Shown here one piece after another: positions 38,053-39,787 of a stretch of DNA of 39,787 nucleotides. Below the pieces are notes generated by a model. That model saw only the letters and a list, made by a program, of their open reading frames with translations, made no database searches and was not told where the DNA came from. The position numbers were made by a program, and so were the translations under genes. The DNA comes from a virus. The stretch covers positions 1-39,787 of IMG/VR virus record IMGVR_UViG_3300012944_000017; one strand, written 5' to 3'. Numbering within the stretch: the stretch's first letter is position 1; each line of letters begins with the position of its first letter.

Positions 38053-39525
38053 TCACGTCAAAGAGTACGCCGGTCGGATGCGCTTTGCACCTAGTTGACC
38101 TCGGAGCACCACCCGGCCCTCCCCGCACCCGAGCATCCGGTACTGATCGGCCTCGCACACATGGGAGACCGAGTTCTTGTCCGGCTTGTCGTGGTATCGC
38201 TCATCGCCCACGATCTGCACGCGGCGGAAGCGGTACATGCCGGCGAGGCCCCGGCGGAGCGTGGGGCAGCCGTGCTCGTGGACTTGAAAGCCCACCTCCC
38301 CGTCAATGATGCGCATCATGGCCTGGGCGTGCGCCTCGCGGCGCACCGTGAACTCGTTGGTGTGCGCGGGCTTCGCATCCACCCCGTTGGCCTTGAGGAT
38401 TTTAAAACACGTGTCCTCGATATTGTGCTCGCTGTCGGCATCGCCGGCGGGGTCCCCGGTGATGCTCGAGATTTCAAAGTTCGGCACCCGTTCCTCGATG
38501 AACCCCTTGAGTACCACGGCGAACTGCTTGGCACCCATGTGCTCGGTCACCACCTCCCAGCGCACCCTGTGAATACCGGTGAAGGTGCGCTGGCCGATGG
38601 TGGCGGCCGGCGTGTTGCCAAAATCGATCCCGATCGAGAGGGGCAGGCGCGGGTTAAATTCAAAGAGCTTGACGTGCAGGCTCTCGCGGAACTCGGGGTA
38701 CACCGGGCGCCCATCCTGCACGAAGCCATACTCGCCGCGGATGTAGACTTTCTTCCACTCCTCGCTCTTTCCCGCACTCGCCTTGGCGTAGTAGTCACTC
38801 GGCAGGTTGACTCGGTTCTCCGCATCCGGTGAGTTGGCATCGGGCTGGGCGTGGAACTCGAACAAGGGCTGGTTGCGCTTGAGGAGCCCGGCGGCGCGCA
38901 TTTCCTTCTCCGCATCGATCACCGACTGCACGAGGTCGGCATTGCGCTGGCTCGAGGTGTCGCGCTCGGCGAGCACGTACCACCAGTGATCGACCTCCGG
39001 CGGGTTGGTGTCCATGATGATCTGCGGGTTCACACACCCGCCATCCCGCTTCGGGGGAAAGCGGCCCACGCGACCGGTGAGCCCATCGATCAGGCTTTTG
39101 CCCACTTCCCGAGCCTCGTTCACCCACGCGGCGGTGAGCTCCATGCCTAAGACCTTGCGCACGTCCTTCGGGCGATCGAGGGATACAAAGAGCACCTCCA
39201 TGTCGATGTTGTCATCGATGATGTGGTGCGTGGGTGGGCCGCTCGCGCGCCAGTGCCCGACCGATTCTGGAATCCACTGGTGCCAGGTCTTGATGGTCGT
39301 GGTCGTGAGCTCTGGATACGTGTTGCGGATCACCGCAATGCGCGAGTGCTTGCGCCCATCGGCCTGCACCACTTGCGCGTTGGCGATCTTGATGAGCTTC
39401 ATGACCGCCGCGGTGCTCTTGCCCGATCCGATCGGCCCGCGGATGCCGTCGATGAACGCCTCGGAATCTAGGAACGCATCGGCCACGGGCCCAGGGCTGA
39501 TGTAGTGGTACTCAGCGACCGTCAT
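38053..39525 (-). CDS. terL: Terminase large subunit (490 aa)
   Basis: Walker A is GPIGSGKST. The signature IRNTYPELTTTTIKTW is present. The Walker B-like motif is LTAAWVNEA. The C-terminal nuclease region includes ITGDPAGD. The start is set at the ATG at 39525, which overlaps the upstream stop by 1 nt (TAATG); the track ORF extends to 39615. Confidence 0.85.
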   Translation of the reverse strand: MTVAEYHYISPGPVADAFLDSEAFIDGIRGPIGSGKSTAAVMKLIKIANAQVVQADGRKHSRIAVIRNTYPELTTTTIKTWHQWIPESVGHWRASGPPTHHIIDDNIDMEVLFVSLDRPKDVRKVLGMELTAAWVNEAREVGKSLIDGLTGRVGRFPPKRDGGCVNPQIIMDTNPPEVDHWWYVLAERDTSSQRNADLVQSVIDAEKEMRAAGLLKRNQPLFEFHAQPDANSPDAENRVNLPSDYYAKASAGKSEEWKKVYIRGEYGFVQDGRPVYPEFRESLHVKLFEFNPRLPLSIGIDFGNTPAATIGQRTFTGIHRVRWEVVTEHMGAKQFAVVLKGFIEERVPNFEISSITGDPAGDADSEHNIEDTCFKILKANGVDAKPAHTNEFTVRREAHAQAMMRIIDGEVGFQVHEHGCPTLRRGLAGMYRFRRVQIVGDERYHDKPDKNSVSHVCEADQYRMLGCGEGRVVLRGQLGAKRIRPAYSLT

Positions 39526-39787
39526 TAGGAAAGGGCCTGTTGAAGCGCCTCGCGTTGGCCCACGCCATGATCGCGCAGCACGAAATAGCGCCGCAGTTCG
39601 GTCTTGCTGAGCCAATCCCTGTGCTCGGCGTGGAGCGCCTTCATCTTCGCCTTGAACGCCGGGTCGGCGTGGAGCGCCTTCATCTTCGCCTTGAACGCCG
39701 GGTCGGCGTGGAGCGCCTTCATGCGCGCCCTGGCGCTCGCCTTGAACGCCGGGTCGGCGTGGAGCGCCTTCATCTTCGCCTTGAACG
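39525..39787 (-). CDS. 3' part of the tandem-repeat protein gene (…MKALHADPAFKAK x n … EHRDWLSKTELRRYFVLRDHGVGQREALQQALS); the 5' part is at 1-163
   Basis: Track ORF 39525-39773. The frame stays open to the window edge and is in phase with 1-109 across a 33-nt end overlap. The periodic ALHADPAFKA repeat is faintly reminiscent of the short DNA-binding repeats (…ADPEFRAK…) seen in NUMOD-type homing-endonuclease proteins; this comes from memory and is unverified. Confidence 0.6.
   Translation of the reverse strand, partial: FKAKMKALHADPAFKASARARMKALHADPAFKAKMKALHADPAFKAKMKALHAEHRDWLSKTELRRYFVLRDHGVGQREALQQALS
39626..39787. repeat. Tandem direct repeats (39, 39, 51, then 33 nt truncated by the window end)
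   Basis: Read directly: 39626-39664 is identical to 39665-39703; 39704-39754 is the 51-nt variant; 39755-39787 is identical to nt 1-33. Confidence 0.95.

Noticed and set aside
39526-39615. N-terminal 30-aa extension of TerL in the track ORF (start 39615)
   Set aside because: It overlaps the 3' end of the repeat-protein gene. The ATG at 39525 gives a TAATG stop/start junction and a normal distance to the Walker A motif.
39626-39787. Regular 39-nt direct repeats at both window ends could be mistaken for a CRISPR array
   Set aside because: The repeats are directly adjacent, with no spacers. They are in frame within an ORF that continues into unique coding sequence, and no cas genes are present.

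Overview
The window looks like one complete, or nearly complete, GC-rich tailed-phage genome of about 39.8 kb with podovirus-type (T7 / Bordetella BPP-1-like) virion genes. The two window ends carry the same in-frame tandem repeat, so the sequence is probably circular or circularly permuted, and one gene spans the junction.

Coding is organised into two units.
- A short rightward block of 15 small genes (4490-9421) is probably the early unit. It is driven by two near-identical promoter-like motifs.
- A very long leftward unit runs from about 4372 down to 1, wraps to 39787, and continues down to 9607. In transcription order it encodes:
  - an XRE-type HTH and an isolated HNH-like ORF in a low-GC island;
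  - a DUF1064-type nuclease and several small proteins;
  - TerS, three small genes including the tandem-repeat protein, then TerL;
  - seven small genes including a winged-helix protein and a zinc ribbon;
  - the portal, an FN3-like protein, a DUF2829/Tad2-like protein and a Bbp19-like protein;
  - the scaffold, a double zinc-ribbon protein, the major capsid protein and a decoration/cement candidate;
  - a glycine-rich fibre-like protein and tail tubular proteins A and B;
  - a GNAT-like protein, two internal virion proteins and a 2,357-aa internal/ejection protein;
  - a beta-helix tailspike and a lysis cassette (M15 endolysin, several membrane proteins, embedded spanin pair).

The most interesting content is as follows.
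- The giant ejection protein carries Zeta-toxin-like kinase, ParB-like and RadC/JAB modules, which is a polyvalent-protein architecture.
- The Tad2-like candidate anti-Thoeris sponge is embedded in the head module.
- The 39/51-nt tandem-repeat gene lies between terS and terL, at the genome junction.
- The early gene modules are duplicated and share promoter and boundary sequences.

I could not recognise any DNA polymerase, RNA polymerase, primase/helicase, integrase, tRNA, CRISPR array or DGR. All family assignments come from reading motifs by eye; no searches were run. Many long ORFs in the track are antisense shadow ORFs typical of GC-rich DNA and are rejected.
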